A DNA stretch of 64,000 nt from an uncultured Verrucomicrobiae bacterium. Lineage in GTDB: Bacteria > Verrucomicrobiota > Verrucomicrobiia > Chthoniobacterales > UBA10450. A program made the position numbers and the translations under genes. The notes under the pieces were generated by a model that did no database searches, was not told the DNA's origin, and worked only from the letters and a program-made list of their open reading frames with translations. Where the stretch lies: assembly GCA_963772365.1 (NCBI GenBank), contig CAVYXA010000001.1:1344001-1408000 (forward strand), in the 5' to 3' direction. Shown piece after piece: positions 8,733 to 18,137 of this stretch (position 1 is its first letter; each line of letters starts with the position of its first letter).

Positions 8733-10091
8733 TTAAGGCACGACTATGTTCCAGCCCGCCGGCGGAATGGGACCGTACTTACCACTAACATAGATGTTGT
8801 TGTTCAGATACCAGATCGCCGTCTGCCGCGTGGTGGCATTGAACAACAAATAGTCTTGCTTCCCATTTATGTCGAAATCAGCTACGCCAATTAATGCGTA
8901 AGCCGGCGCGATGGTTGGCCCATAGGCGCTGCCCTTAAATGACGTTCCATTTAAATACCAGATCGCCGTCTGCCGCGTACTGGCGTTGAACAGCGCATAA
9001 TCCGGTCTCCCGTCCCGGTCGAAATCTCCCAAGCCAGCCAGCATCCAGCCCACCGGCAGGGTCGGGCCGTAGCTGGAACCCATGAACGTATTGTTGTTCA
9101 AAAACCAAATGGCTGTTTGCCGGGTCGATGCATTGTAAAGGACAAAATCCGGATCGCCGTCGTTGTTGAAATCGCGCACGGCGACCACGGCCCAGCCCGA
9201 TGGCGGGGTTGGCCCATACGCACTGCCGGTGAAACTGGTCCCGTGCAGATACCAAATCGCTGTTTGCCTGGTGCTGGAATTGAACAATGCGTAATCGGGG
9301 TTTCCGTCCCCATCAAAGTCGGACGTATCGACAAGATTCCAACCGGCCGGAAGAGTGGGACCGTAGGCGCTGCTAATGAAACTATTATTATCAAGGTACC
9401 ACACGGCTGTTTGACGCGTGCTCGTTTTGTACAGCACGAGGTCAGGATTGCTGTCATTGTTGAAGTCTGAGGGAACGACGGGCGACACGCCGCAGATGTT
9501 CAATGTGTAAGAAGGACAGCCTGCATTCGGAGTAATTTCGCTCACCACTAGAATAAATGTCTGCCCGGCATCAACATTAAAAGAGAACTCGTTCATCGGG
9601 TTTGGACTGGAGCCTTCATCTGCGATCCAGTGTGCGCAGAGATCGGTCGGATCAAAGCTGCCCAAATAAGCGGCCGTAAAAATTAAGTTAGGGTCCGCGC
9701 AAGCTGTGCTCACCTGCACTACTACACATTGCGTCGTGTCGGTCGAGTTTGTGAAACTGTAAGCGTCGTAATGGTATTCCATTGCGGTACTGAAAACAGC
9801 GCACATGGTTGGCGTATCGCATGTGCTTGGAACGTCCGAACGGTTCAGGCGACCGGTTTCCGTCGGATCGGCAGTGGTGATACTCCCGTTGACCGTGATC
9901 GGATTCAAGCAGAGCCGACCTTCGGGCACACTCGGTTGTGATTTGGCGGGATTTTCAACATCGCTAGAACGATTCGATGTCGAATCTTTGGCTTGAATCA
10001 ATCCAGGCCTGATAACGCCAAAGCTTATTGCCAGAATTAAGCAAACCCCGACTCGGCAGAGACCGGTCGTAGTAATGCGAGGTTTATTCAT
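8733..10091 (-). CDS. Secreted protein: Cys-containing domain plus FG-GAP/VCBS-like C-terminal domain
   Basis: 452-aa ORF; signal peptide; same five terminal repeats. Confidence 0.9.
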   Translation of the reverse strand: MNKPRITTTGLCRVGVCLILAISFGVIRPGLIQAKDSTSNRSSDVENPAKSQPSVPEGRLCLNPITVNGSITTADPTETGRLNRSDVPSTCDTPTMCAVFSTAMEYHYDAYSFTNSTDTTQCVVVQVSTACADPNLIFTAAYLGSFDPTDLCAHWIADEGSSPNPMNEFSFNVDAGQTFILVVSEITPNAGCPSYTLNICGVSPVVPSDFNNDSNPDLVLYKTSTRQTAVWYLDNNSFISSAYGPTLPAGWNLVDTSDFDGDGNPDYALFNSSTRQTAIWYLHGTSFTGSAYGPTPPSGWAVVAVRDFNNDGDPDFVLYNASTRQTAIWFLNNNTFMGSSYGPTLPVGWMLAGLGDFDRDGRPDYALFNASTRQTAIWYLNGTSFKGSAYGPTIAPAYALIGVADFDINGKQDYLLFNATTRQTAIWYLNNNIYVSGKYGPIPPAGWNIVVP

Positions 10092-10321
10092 TGAGTTCTC
10101 CTTGTATCAATTTTTCGTGTAACAATTGGGTTTGAGGCTGGAAACCAGCGGTTCCGAAGCTTCCAGAGCAAGAATCGGCTGTCAAACGCTACAAATTGAT
10201 GAATCCGAAGGCTCTGGGCCATAAACTTGCCCCCGTTCAAAAAACGGTCGGGAGGCCCGAATCGGACGGGAAAATTTTTGGCTTGGCCAAATTTTTGAGG
10301 ACGCGCGGAAACCGCGAACCT

Positions 10322-10541
10322 TCACTGTTCGCGCAAAATAATACGAGCCTTCGTCAAATCGTAAGGCGAAAGCTCGACCGATACTTTGTCGCCCGGCACG
10401 ATCCGGATGAAGTGCTTGCGCATTTTGCCCGAGATGTGCGCGAGAACATTGCGTTGACCGGGCAGATCGACCCGGAACATCGTCCCAGGCAATACTTGGG
10501 TCACCCGTTCCTTCGGCAACGATCGGCCCTTCTTTAGCCAT
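10322..10541 (-). CDS. infA: Translation initiation factor IF-1 (one extra base near 10505)
   Basis: [11 protein letters not shown] in one frame continues as [12 protein letters not shown]...[35 protein letters not shown] in another. Confidence 0.92.
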
Positions 10542-10585
10542 CGCGCAAAAGATACGCGCGCCGGCAGGTGACTCAACCCGTCAAA

Positions 10586-12019
10586 TCAATAGCGGTAATG
10601 TTCCGACTTAAACGGACCATCAACCGGCACGCCCAGATAATCGGCCTGTCTTTGCGAAAGCTTTGTCAGCTTCACACCAATCTTTTCCAAATGCAGACGG
10701 GCAACCTCTTCATCCAGCTTCTTCGACAACACGTAAACTCCGACCTTGTAGGAGTCGCGATTTTTCCAGAGATCGAGCTGGGCAAGCACCTGGTTGGAAA
10801 ACGAGTTCGACATCACGAAGCTGGGATGCCCGGTGGCGCAACCGAGATTCACCAGCCGGCCTTCGGCCAATAAAAAAATCTCGCGCCCATCTTCGAAGGA
10901 GTATTTGTCCACCTGCGGTTTGATGTTGGTGCGCGTTACCCCTTTGGCCGTATTGAGCGCATCCACCTGAATTTCATTATCGAAATGGCCAATGTTGGCG
11001 ACGATTGCCTGATCCTTCATCCGCCGCATGTGCTCGAGCGTGATGATGTCGATGTTGCCCGTGGCAGTGATGTAGATATCGCCTCGGCCCAGTGTGTTCT
11101 CGATTGTCGTGACTTCATAGCCTTCCATCGCCGCTTGCAGCGCGTTGATCGGGTCCACTTCGGTGATGACAACGCGCGCGCCCTGACCGCGCAATGACTG
11201 GGCACAACCTTTTCCTACATCGCCGTAACCGCAAACAACTGCGATCTTTCCCGAAATCATTACGTCCAGCGCGCGGTTCAATCCATCCACCAGCGAATGC
11301 CGGCAGCCGTAAAGATTATCGAACTTCGATTTGGTGACGGAATCGTTGACGTTTATGGCCGGAACCAGAAGCCGGTTCTCCTGATGCATCTTGTACAGGC
11401 GATGCACTCCGGTAGTGGTTTCCTCAGAAACGCCACGCCAATCCTTCACCATCTCATGCCACCGATACGGATTCTCCCTTTGAATCTCCAATAACAAGTC
11501 CTTGATGACCTGTTCCTCCCGGTTGTCCGACTTCGACTTTGCCCAATCGCTTCCCTCTTCCAGCTCGTAACCCTTGTGAATCAGAAGCGTGGCATCACCG
11601 CCATCATCGACGATTAGCTGCGGACCTTTTCCGTCGGGATGCGAAAGCGCGCGATAAGTGCACCACCAATAATCTTCCAAACTTTCACCCTTCCACGCGA
11701 AGACGGACGGTCCCGCTTTCGCGATGGCCGCCGCGGCATGATCCTGAGTTGAAAAAATATTGCAGCTCGCCCAGCGCACGCTGGCTCCAAGATCGACAAG
11801 AGTTTCGATCAACACCGCCGTCTGAATCGTCATGTGCAGTGAACCCGTGATGCGCACGCCCGCCAACGGTTTTTGCGGCGCATACTTCTCGCGAATCGCC
11901 ATCAATCCGGGCATTTCCTTTTCGGCAATGGAGATTTCCTTCCGACCCCAATCCGCCAGATTGATGTCCGCGATTTTGTAATCCTGTTTCGTTTTCAACT
12001 CCGTTGCTGTTGTGTTCAT
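10586..12019 (-). CDS. ahcY: Adenosylhomocysteinase
   Basis: [45 protein letters not shown] motifs. Confidence 0.98.
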   Translation of the reverse strand: MNTTATELKTKQDYKIADINLADWGRKEISIAEKEMPGLMAIREKYAPQKPLAGVRITGSLHMTIQTAVLIETLVDLGASVRWASCNIFSTQDHAAAAIAKAGPSVFAWKGESLEDYWWCTYRALSHPDGKGPQLIVDDGGDATLLIHKGYELEEGSDWAKSKSDNREEQVIKDLLLEIQRENPYRWHEMVKDWRGVSEETTTGVHRLYKMHQENRLLVPAINVNDSVTKSKFDNLYGCRHSLVDGLNRALDVMISGKIAVVCGYGDVGKGCAQSLRGQGARVVITEVDPINALQAAMEGYEVTTIENTLGRGDIYITATGNIDIITLEHMRRMKDQAIVANIGHFDNEIQVDALNTAKGVTRTNIKPQVDKYSFEDGREIFLLAEGRLVNLGCATGHPSFVMSNSFSNQVLAQLDLWKNRDSYKVGVYVLSKKLDEEVARLHLEKIGVKLTKLSQRQADYLGVPVDGPFKSEHYRY

Positions 12020-12026
12020 AAAGATT

Positions 12027-12446
12027 TCACAGATAGATTTCCTCCGCAGATTTCGCAGATTTACGCAGATTCTCAGAAAAGTTCAGAACCAGGCGTTTGT
12101 GTTCGAGACTGGGCGCTCCGAAATTTAGAAGCAGCCCGCGTGGAAAACCGGTCGCCTTCAGTTCGTTGATCACCTGCGCGTCGTCGGCGGACGTCAATTG
12201 AGCGATTCCTTTTGTTTCTACGAGCACAGATTCAAAGCAAATAAAGTCCGCTCGATAGGCACAGCTGAGAAGCTTCTTTTTATAACGGACAGGTAGTGCG
12301 ACTTCGGTTTGGAACGGAATTCCTCGATCCTGGAATTCGAGTGCCAGTGCAGTGTGATACACGAGCTCGAGAAAACCATGCCCAAGCTCGCGATGCACTT
12401 CCATCGCCGCACCGATGATTGCGAAAGTCTCTGGATCTCTTTGCAT
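12027..12446 (-). CDS. GxxExxY protein (PD-(D/E)XK nuclease superfamily)
   Basis: '[21 protein letters not shown]', 'YRADFIC...VETK', 'GLLLNFG'; ATG at 12446. Confidence 0.9.
   Translation of the reverse strand: MQRDPETFAIIGAAMEVHRELGHGFLELVYHTALALEFQDRGIPFQTEVALPVRYKKKLLSCAYRADFICFESVLVETKGIAQLTSADDAQVINELKATGFPRGLLLNFGAPSLEHKRLVLNFSENLRKSAKSAEEIYL
12043..12071. repeat. Left arm of 29-bp inverted repeat built of CGCAGATTT-like units
   Basis: TCCGCAGATTTCGCAGATTTACGCAGATT; 27/29 match to reverse complement of 12450-12478. Confidence 0.9.
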
Positions 12447-12449
12447 CTT

Positions 12450-12478
12450 AATCTGCGTAGATCTGCGGAATCTGCGGA
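12450..12478. repeat. Right arm of 29-bp inverted repeat flanking the GxxExxY gene
   Basis: AATCTGCGTAGATCTGCGGAATCTGCGGA, directly adjacent to the metK stop codon. Confidence 0.9.
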
Positions 12479-13684
12479 TTACTTCGCTGCCTTCTTTAGT
12501 TCTGTGACCTTGTCGGTGGATTCCCACGTGATATCCGGATCGTCGATCTTGCCGAAATGTCCGTAATTGGTCGTCTTCGAGTAAATCGGCCGGAGAAGGT
12601 TAAGCTGTTTGATGATGTCAGCGGGTTTGAAGCTGAAAACCTTCATAACCGCACTTTCAATTTTCTCTTCATCGACCGTGTTGGTGAGGAAAGTATTGAC
12701 GTGCACGCTGACCGGCTGCGGATGGCCGATGGCATAAGCGAATTGAATTTCCGCGCGTCGCGCCAGGCCGGCCGCGACAATATTTTTCGCGACCCAGCGT
12801 CCCATGTAAGCTGCGCTACGATCGACCTTGCTCGGATCTTTGCCGGAAAATGCGCCGCCGCCGTGGCGGCCCATCCCGCCATAACTATCCACAATAATCT
12901 TGCGACCAGTCAGGCCGGTATCGCCCTGCGGTCCCCCGATAACGAAACGCCCGGTGGGGTTAATGAGAAATTCCGTTTTGTTGTTCAGCATCTCGGCAGG
13001 CAACACTTTGCGAATCACTTTCTCGATGCAGAAGTCGCGGATCTCTTTGTGAGGAACATCTGTGGCATGCTGGGTTGAAATGACGACATTGGAAATACCG
13101 ATCGGCTTGAGATCGTCGTAAATCACCGAGACCTGCGACTTCGCATCCGGACGCAACCACGGGCACTCGCCATTCTTGCGAATGCGGGTGAGCTCGCGGC
13201 CAAGTCGATGCGCATACATGATTGGCGCAGGCATGAGTTCCGGCGTTTCGTCCGAGGCAAAACCAAACATCAAACCCTGGTCGCCCGCACCCTGCTCAGC
13301 GTGGCCCTTGCCGTCTGCTTCTTTTTCATCGACGCCCTGCGAAATATCGGATGATTGGTCGGTGAGAATGTTGCTGATGAAAACCTTGTTGGCGTGAAAT
13401 ACATCGTCCTCGTTCACATACCCGATCTCTTCGATCGCGCTGCGGACGATTTGATCGATGTTCAACACCGAAGTGAGCGAGCGGCGTTCTTTTTTCAGAA
13501 GAGGCACAGTGATTTCGCCGCCCACGATCACGATATTGCTCTTCGCGTAGGTTTCGCAGGCGACGCGGCTGGTCGGATCAAGCCGCAAACAGGCATCGAG
13601 CACAGCATCTGAGATCGTGTCGCAAACTTTGTCGGGGTGGCCTTCACCGACTGATTCAGAGGAAAAAATATAACGGCGGGGCAT
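12479..13684 (-). CDS. metK: S-adenosylmethionine synthetase
   Basis: [33 protein letters not shown] motifs. Confidence 0.98.
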   Translation of the reverse strand: MPRRYIFSSESVGEGHPDKVCDTISDAVLDACLRLDPTSRVACETYAKSNIVIVGGEITVPLLKKERRSLTSVLNIDQIVRSAIEEIGYVNEDDVFHANKVFISNILTDQSSDISQGVDEKEADGKGHAEQGAGDQGLMFGFASDETPELMPAPIMYAHRLGRELTRIRKNGECPWLRPDAKSQVSVIYDDLKPIGISNVVISTQHATDVPHKEIRDFCIEKVIRKVLPAEMLNNKTEFLINPTGRFVIGGPQGDTGLTGRKIIVDSYGGMGRHGGGAFSGKDPSKVDRSAAYMGRWVAKNIVAAGLARRAEIQFAYAIGHPQPVSVHVNTFLTNTVDEEKIESAVMKVFSFKPADIIKQLNLLRPIYSKTTNYGHFGKIDDPDITWESTDKVTELKKAAK

Positions 13685-13703
13685 GGGATGGAAAAAGCGT
13701 GAT

Positions 13704-13789
13704 TCGTTGAAAGGTTGAAACGTTAAATTGGATTAACCGAGGAACGCATCCCGCCATTGTAACGATTTAACGTTCTAACGATGTAACGA
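13704..13789. repeat. Inverted pair of degenerate 8-mer tandem arrays (GTTNAANC / GNTTNAAC)
   Basis: TCGTTGAAAGGTTGAAACGTTAAAT ... GTAACGATTTAACGTTCTAACGATGTAACGA; same architecture at 50297-50363. Confidence 0.7.
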
Positions 13790-13806
13790 GTGCCGCCCGC
13801 GACATA

Positions 13807-13836
13807 TTGACCAATCATGATACGTCGATATATGGT
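13807..13836 (+). promoter_or_regulatory. Candidate sigma70 promoter overlapping a candidate SahR operator
   Basis: TTGACC-18 nt-TATGGT; spacer contains CAATCATGATACGTCGATAT (ATC-N10-GAT). Confidence 0.45.
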
Positions 13837-13847
13837 TTAGCCGCCCG

Positions 13848-14780
13848 ATGGCGTCAACCATTAATTTCCTCCGTTTACTGGCCGATCCGACTCGCCTGCG
13901 TTTGCTGCTTCTACTCGAGCAGGAAGAACTTTCCGTCGCCGAGCTTCAGGAAATCCTCGGTATGGGGCAATCGCGTATTTCCAGTCATCTCGCCCAATTG
14001 AAGCGCGCCGGTATCGTGAACGATCGCCGCGCGGGCAAAAATGTTTATTATGGAGCAAAACCAAATGGACACGACTCACGCCGGGCGCGAGTAGCAGAAT
14101 TGACCCGGATCCTGGCGCGAGAACTGGCGGAATCTTCGCGCGATCGGACAAGTCTTAAACTTGTTCTGCGTAAACGTCAGGACAAAGCCCGCGAATATTT
14201 CGATGAACTGGCCGGAAAGTTCGGGCGAAGCTATGTGCCAGGCCGTTCCTGGCAGGCGCTGGCGCACGCGTTCATTCCCTTGATTCCACCGGGAATCATT
14301 GTCGATCTTGGCGCCGGTGAAGGAACACTCTCGCAATTACTGGCGAAAAACGCCCGCAAAGTCATCGCCATCGATAACTCGCCGAAAATGGTCGAATTCG
14401 GCGGGAAGCTGGCAAAGAAACACGGGTTCAAGAATCTCGAATACAGGCTTGGCGACATCGAAGATCCACCGGTCGAAAGCAACAGTGTCGATCTTGCGAT
14501 TCTGAGTCAGGCATTGCATCACGCGATTCATCCACAACGCGCCATCAACGCTGCACATCACATCCTCAAGCGCGGCGGCCGGCTCATTATTCTCGATCTT
14601 CTCAGTCATCGGTTCGACAAAGCGCGCGAGCTGTATGCCGACCACTGGCTCGGGTTCAGCGAAGTGCAACTGCACCAGTTTCTGGAAAAGGCGGGCTTCC
14701 GCGACATCGAGCTCAACGTAGTTTCACGGGAAAAACAGAGCCCGCATTTTCAGACCGTGTTTGCGACTGGCGTTAAGTGA
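13848..14780 (+). CDS. sahR: ArsR-family HTH plus SAM-binding methyltransferase-fold regulator (SahR/SamR type)
   Basis: 'LLADPTRLRLL...ELSVAEL...QSRISSHL' HTH; 'VDLGAGEG' SAM motif; divergent from metK-ahcY. Confidence 0.85.
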   Translation: MASTINFLRLLADPTRLRLLLLLEQEELSVAELQEILGMGQSRISSHLAQLKRAGIVNDRRAGKNVYYGAKPNGHDSRRARVAELTRILARELAESSRDRTSLKLVLRKRQDKAREYFDELAGKFGRSYVPGRSWQALAHAFIPLIPPGIIVDLGAGEGTLSQLLAKNARKVIAIDNSPKMVEFGGKLAKKHGFKNLEYRLGDIEDPPVESNSVDLAILSQALHHAIHPQRAINAAHHILKRGGRLIILDLLSHRFDKARELYADHWLGFSEVQLHQFLEKAGFRDIELNVVSREKQSPHFQTVFATGVK

Positions 14781-14830
14781 ACGCAGTACACATTTCCCTG
14801 TCCAACGATTGACACCGCAGTATTGTCCCG

Positions 14831-16855
14831 ATGAACACCGATCCCCCGCCCATGAGTGGTTTCTTCGAGGAGATAAAGCGCAGGAAAGTTTATCGCGTCG
14901 CAGTCGCTTACATTATCGCGGCGGGCGGCATCATTCAGCTCGCCTCCGCTGCATTTCCTGCATGGGAGTTGCCCAACTGGTCGCTTCGGGCGGTTATTGC
15001 TTCCTTGCTGGCGGGTTTCCCGATCGCTCTGGCACTGGCTTGGGCGTTCGATATCACTCCGGAAGGAATCCGGTCAACACCGGCAACAGGATCTGCATCC
15101 ACGCATCGACGTCGCAATGCGATCATGCTCGTGGCTGCCGGGGTGGTCATTTCCGCTCTCATCGGCTTGTTCATCCTGCCGCGTGCGGCGGCCCACAAGA
15201 TCGACAAGTCCATTGCGATCCTCCCATTTGAAAATCTTAGCGACGATAAAGAGAACGCTTATTTCGCAGATGGTATTCAGGACGATGTCCTCACAAACTT
15301 ATCGAAGATCGGGGATCTGAAAGTCATCTCGAGGACGTCGGTAATGCAGTATCGGGGCACGGCGTCGAACGTTCGCGAAATCGGTAAAGCACTGGGTGTA
15401 TCAAATATTCTCGAAGGCAGCGTCCGGCGTTCGGGAAACAAGGTGCGCGTGAACGTTCAGTTAATCGACGCCAACACCGATGAGCATATTTGGGCAAATG
15501 ATTACGATCGTGATGTGACCGATGTCTTCGCGATCCAAACGGACCTCGCGCGCGAGATTGCTTCGGCGTTGCAGGCAAAACTATCTCCGTCCGAGAAATC
15601 GCAAATGGAACGCAGGCCTACTGAGAATGGAGAGGCCTACCTGGCCTTTGTTCAAGCCCACAATCTCGCCGGCGACCTGGAGAATCTGGACAAGCTCAAA
15701 CAGGCCGAGCAACTTTATGCGCGGGCCATCGATCTCGACCCGACTTTCGCTCTGGCCTGTGCTCGCTATTCACAACTGGAGAGCTGGATTCTTCACTCGC
15801 TCGGGGCAACCCAGGGCCGCAAGGAAAAGGCGCGTTCTCTGGCTGATCAAGCTCTGCAATTGCAACCTGACATGGCTGAGGCTCATTTGGCCAAGGGTTT
15901 TGTCTATTATTATTGCGATAACGACTATGGCAACGCCCTCCGTGAGTTTGAAGTCGCGCAGAGTGGCTTGCCGAACGAGTGGGAGGCCTTTCTCGCCATT
16001 GGCGCAATTCAGCGCCGGCAGGGCAAGTGGAAGGAATCGACCACCAATCTCAGGAAAGCTGCTGAGTTAAACCCAAACGACACCTGGCCGCTGCAAAATC
16101 TGGCTTTCAATTACCAAATGCAGCGCGAATTCGATGAGGCGATCAAGATAGTTGATCGCGGCCTTCGGCTGAACCCAAAAGCGCTTCCGCTATGGGAGAT
16201 AAAATCAAAACTGGCGATTGCGGAAAATGGCGACTTCGGCGTTGCTGAGGAAGCATTCGCGAAATGCCAGTCGTTTCCCATGACGGACGACATGAAACTA
16301 AAAGTCGCCAATGGGCGCGCCGATGTTTTTCTTTTGGAACGTAAGTACCGGGAAGGATTACAGACAGCGGAAGGTCTCTCAGATGATCAGCTGGAGAAGT
16401 TTCCCGGTGCTCTGGCTGAAAAATATTATTTGATTGGTTTCGCCCGAAGGGCACTCGGGGATCAAAACGGCTCACAAACCGCTTTCCAAAAGGCAAAGGA
16501 CTTTCTTGAGAAACAGTTAAAGCAAACGCCGGATGTGGCCTCGTTGCGCATTCAGCTCGCAAAAGTGCTGGCTTATCTGGGAGAAAAAGAGGCCGCGCTG
16601 GCTGAGGCGAAACGCGCTACCACGCTCCAACCTGAGAGCAAGGATGCCTTTGAAGGTCCGGACATCACCACCGGAGTAGCTGAGGTTTATTGTGTTGTCG
16701 GAGAGAGCAATCGCGCGATTGAAGTACTCGATGGATTATTGAAACGCCCGAGCGGCGTCACAGTTGCCATTCTGAAACTAAATCCGGTTTGGGATCCACT
16801 GCGAAGCCAATCTCAATTTCAAGCCCTCTTGAACAGTCAGGTCAGAGAGACGTAG
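14831..16855 (+). CDS. Membrane-anchored TolB-N-like/TPR protein (start possibly 14852)
   Basis: Three TM segments, 'KSIAILPFENLS...YFADGIQDD', 'LEGSVRR', TPR repeats, 'LNPVWDPLR' tail. Confidence 0.85.
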   Translation: MNTDPPPMSGFFEEIKRRKVYRVAVAYIIAAGGIIQLASAAFPAWELPNWSLRAVIASLLAGFPIALALAWAFDITPEGIRSTPATGSASTHRRRNAIMLVAAGVVISALIGLFILPRAAAHKIDKSIAILPFENLSDDKENAYFADGIQDDVLTNLSKIGDLKVISRTSVMQYRGTASNVREIGKALGVSNILEGSVRRSGNKVRVNVQLIDANTDEHIWANDYDRDVTDVFAIQTDLAREIASALQAKLSPSEKSQMERRPTENGEAYLAFVQAHNLAGDLENLDKLKQAEQLYARAIDLDPTFALACARYSQLESWILHSLGATQGRKEKARSLADQALQLQPDMAEAHLAKGFVYYYCDNDYGNALREFEVAQSGLPNEWEAFLAIGAIQRRQGKWKESTTNLRKAAELNPNDTWPLQNLAFNYQMQREFDEAIKIVDRGLRLNPKALPLWEIKSKLAIAENGDFGVAEEAFAKCQSFPMTDDMKLKVANGRADVFLLERKYREGLQTAEGLSDDQLEKFPGALAEKYYLIGFARRALGDQNGSQTAFQKAKDFLEKQLKQTPDVASLRIQLAKVLAYLGEKEAALAEAKRATTLQPESKDAFEGPDITTGVAEVYCVVGESNRAIEVLDGLLKRPSGVTVAILKLNPVWDPLRSQSQFQALLNSQVRET

Positions 16856-16868
16856 ATCCCCGTTCTGC

Positions 16869-18137
16869 TCAGGCAGCGTACCGTTCCAGCTTCTGAGCCA
16901 GCTCGGGAGGCACATGAGCAACGATCAAAGCGTTGTCGCCTTCGTAGTGCAATTCCAACACGTGACCGACTCGGTGGATCTCGGCGATCAAGGCGGATTC
17001 GCTGGCTGGAATTTGAAAATGCGAACGCAAACGCCATGAACTGAGCGCCATCTCCAGCGCCTCGACCAACTTGCTGATTCCTTTCCCAGTCCTCGCGGAA
17101 ATCGCTACGCTGCCGGGAAATCGTTTCAAATAAGTTTCCGCCAGTTCGCCGTGATCGAGCTTGTCGATCTTGTTGAACACGGTCAGGGTCTGCTTGCCGA
17201 AGGCGCCCAGCTCCTTGATCACGCTCTCCACCGCTTCCATCTGTTCCTCCACGCGCGGATGACTAAGATCGACAACGTGTATCAGCAGATCGGCTTCGCT
17301 CACTTCTTCCAGCGTCGCTTTGAACGATTCGATCAATGTGTGCGGCAGTTTTCGCAAAAATCCCACGGTATCGGTAAGCAATACCCTTTGTTTGTTGGGT
17401 AAAACCAGACTACGCGTTGTCGGATCGAGTGTGGCGAAAAGTTTGTCCTCGGCGAGGAGATCGGCGCCGGTGAGCAGATTTAGCAACGTCGATTTTCCCG
17501 CGTTGGTATAACCGACCACGGCTGCGACCGGCCATTGATGGCGTTTGCGTCCCTGCCGTTGAACCGCGCGCGTTTTCCGCACAGCTTCCAATTCGCGTTC
17601 CAACCGGGCAATCCGTTCCTGAACGCGCCGCCGATCGACTTCCAACTGGGTTTCGCCCGGTCCACGTGTCCCGATCCCTCCGGTTTGTCGCGATAGGTGA
17701 TGCCACATTCGAGTCAGCCGCGGCAGCAGATATTGCAATTGCGCCAACTCGATTTGGAGGCGGCCTTCGCGACTGCGCGCACGTTGAGCAAAGATGTCGA
17801 GGATCAATTGCGTACGATCGAGAACTTTCCGCGAAAGCAGATTTTCCAGGTTGCGACCCTGCGCCGGAGAAAGTTCATCATCGAAAATCACCGACGTGAC
17901 TTGTCGATCCTGCAAAGAATCTTTAATCAATTCAGCCTTTCCCTTGCCGATGTAGTAAGGCGCCGTCGGTTTCTGCAGTTTTTGCGTCACAGTATCGACC
18001 ACAACCGCGCCGGCGGAATTGGCCAGCTCAGCCAGCTCTTCGAGCGAATCACGCAGGTCCCATTTCGAAATGCCGTCGTGTTCCAAGCCGATCAACACGG
18101 CGCGCTCGTGGATTTTTTTCGGTCGAGTCTCAATCAT
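16869..18137 (-). CDS. hflX: GTPase HflX
   Basis: GYTNAGKS, FATLDPT, DTVGF, NKID; 'RGPGETQLEVDRR'. Confidence 0.97.
   Translation of the reverse strand: MIETRPKKIHERAVLIGLEHDGISKWDLRDSLEELAELANSAGAVVVDTVTQKLQKPTAPYYIGKGKAELIKDSLQDRQVTSVIFDDELSPAQGRNLENLLSRKVLDRTQLILDIFAQRARSREGRLQIELAQLQYLLPRLTRMWHHLSRQTGGIGTRGPGETQLEVDRRRVQERIARLERELEAVRKTRAVQRQGRKRHQWPVAAVVGYTNAGKSTLLNLLTGADLLAEDKLFATLDPTTRSLVLPNKQRVLLTDTVGFLRKLPHTLIESFKATLEEVSEADLLIHVVDLSHPRVEEQMEAVESVIKELGAFGKQTLTVFNKIDKLDHGELAETYLKRFPGSVAISARTGKGISKLVEALEMALSSWRLRSHFQIPASESALIAEIHRVGHVLELHYEGDNALIVAHVPPELAQKLERYAA

Noticed and set aside
1295..9470. Regular ~147-nt repeats as a CRISPR array or DGR template/variable repeats
   Set aside because: They are coding repeats with codon-position divergence; no spacers, cas genes or reverse transcriptase seen
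10322..10541. infA pseudogene or programmed frameshift
   Set aside because: One extra G in a short run, no slippery site, and many similar indels elsewhere
12447..12527. N-terminal extension of the GxxExxY ORF
   Set aside because: Overlaps metK and the inverted repeat; ATG 12446 fits the family start
13685..13847. SAM or SAH riboswitch upstream of metK
   Set aside because: No recognisable consensus; region is occupied by 8-mer arrays and a promoter-like site (cmscan not run)
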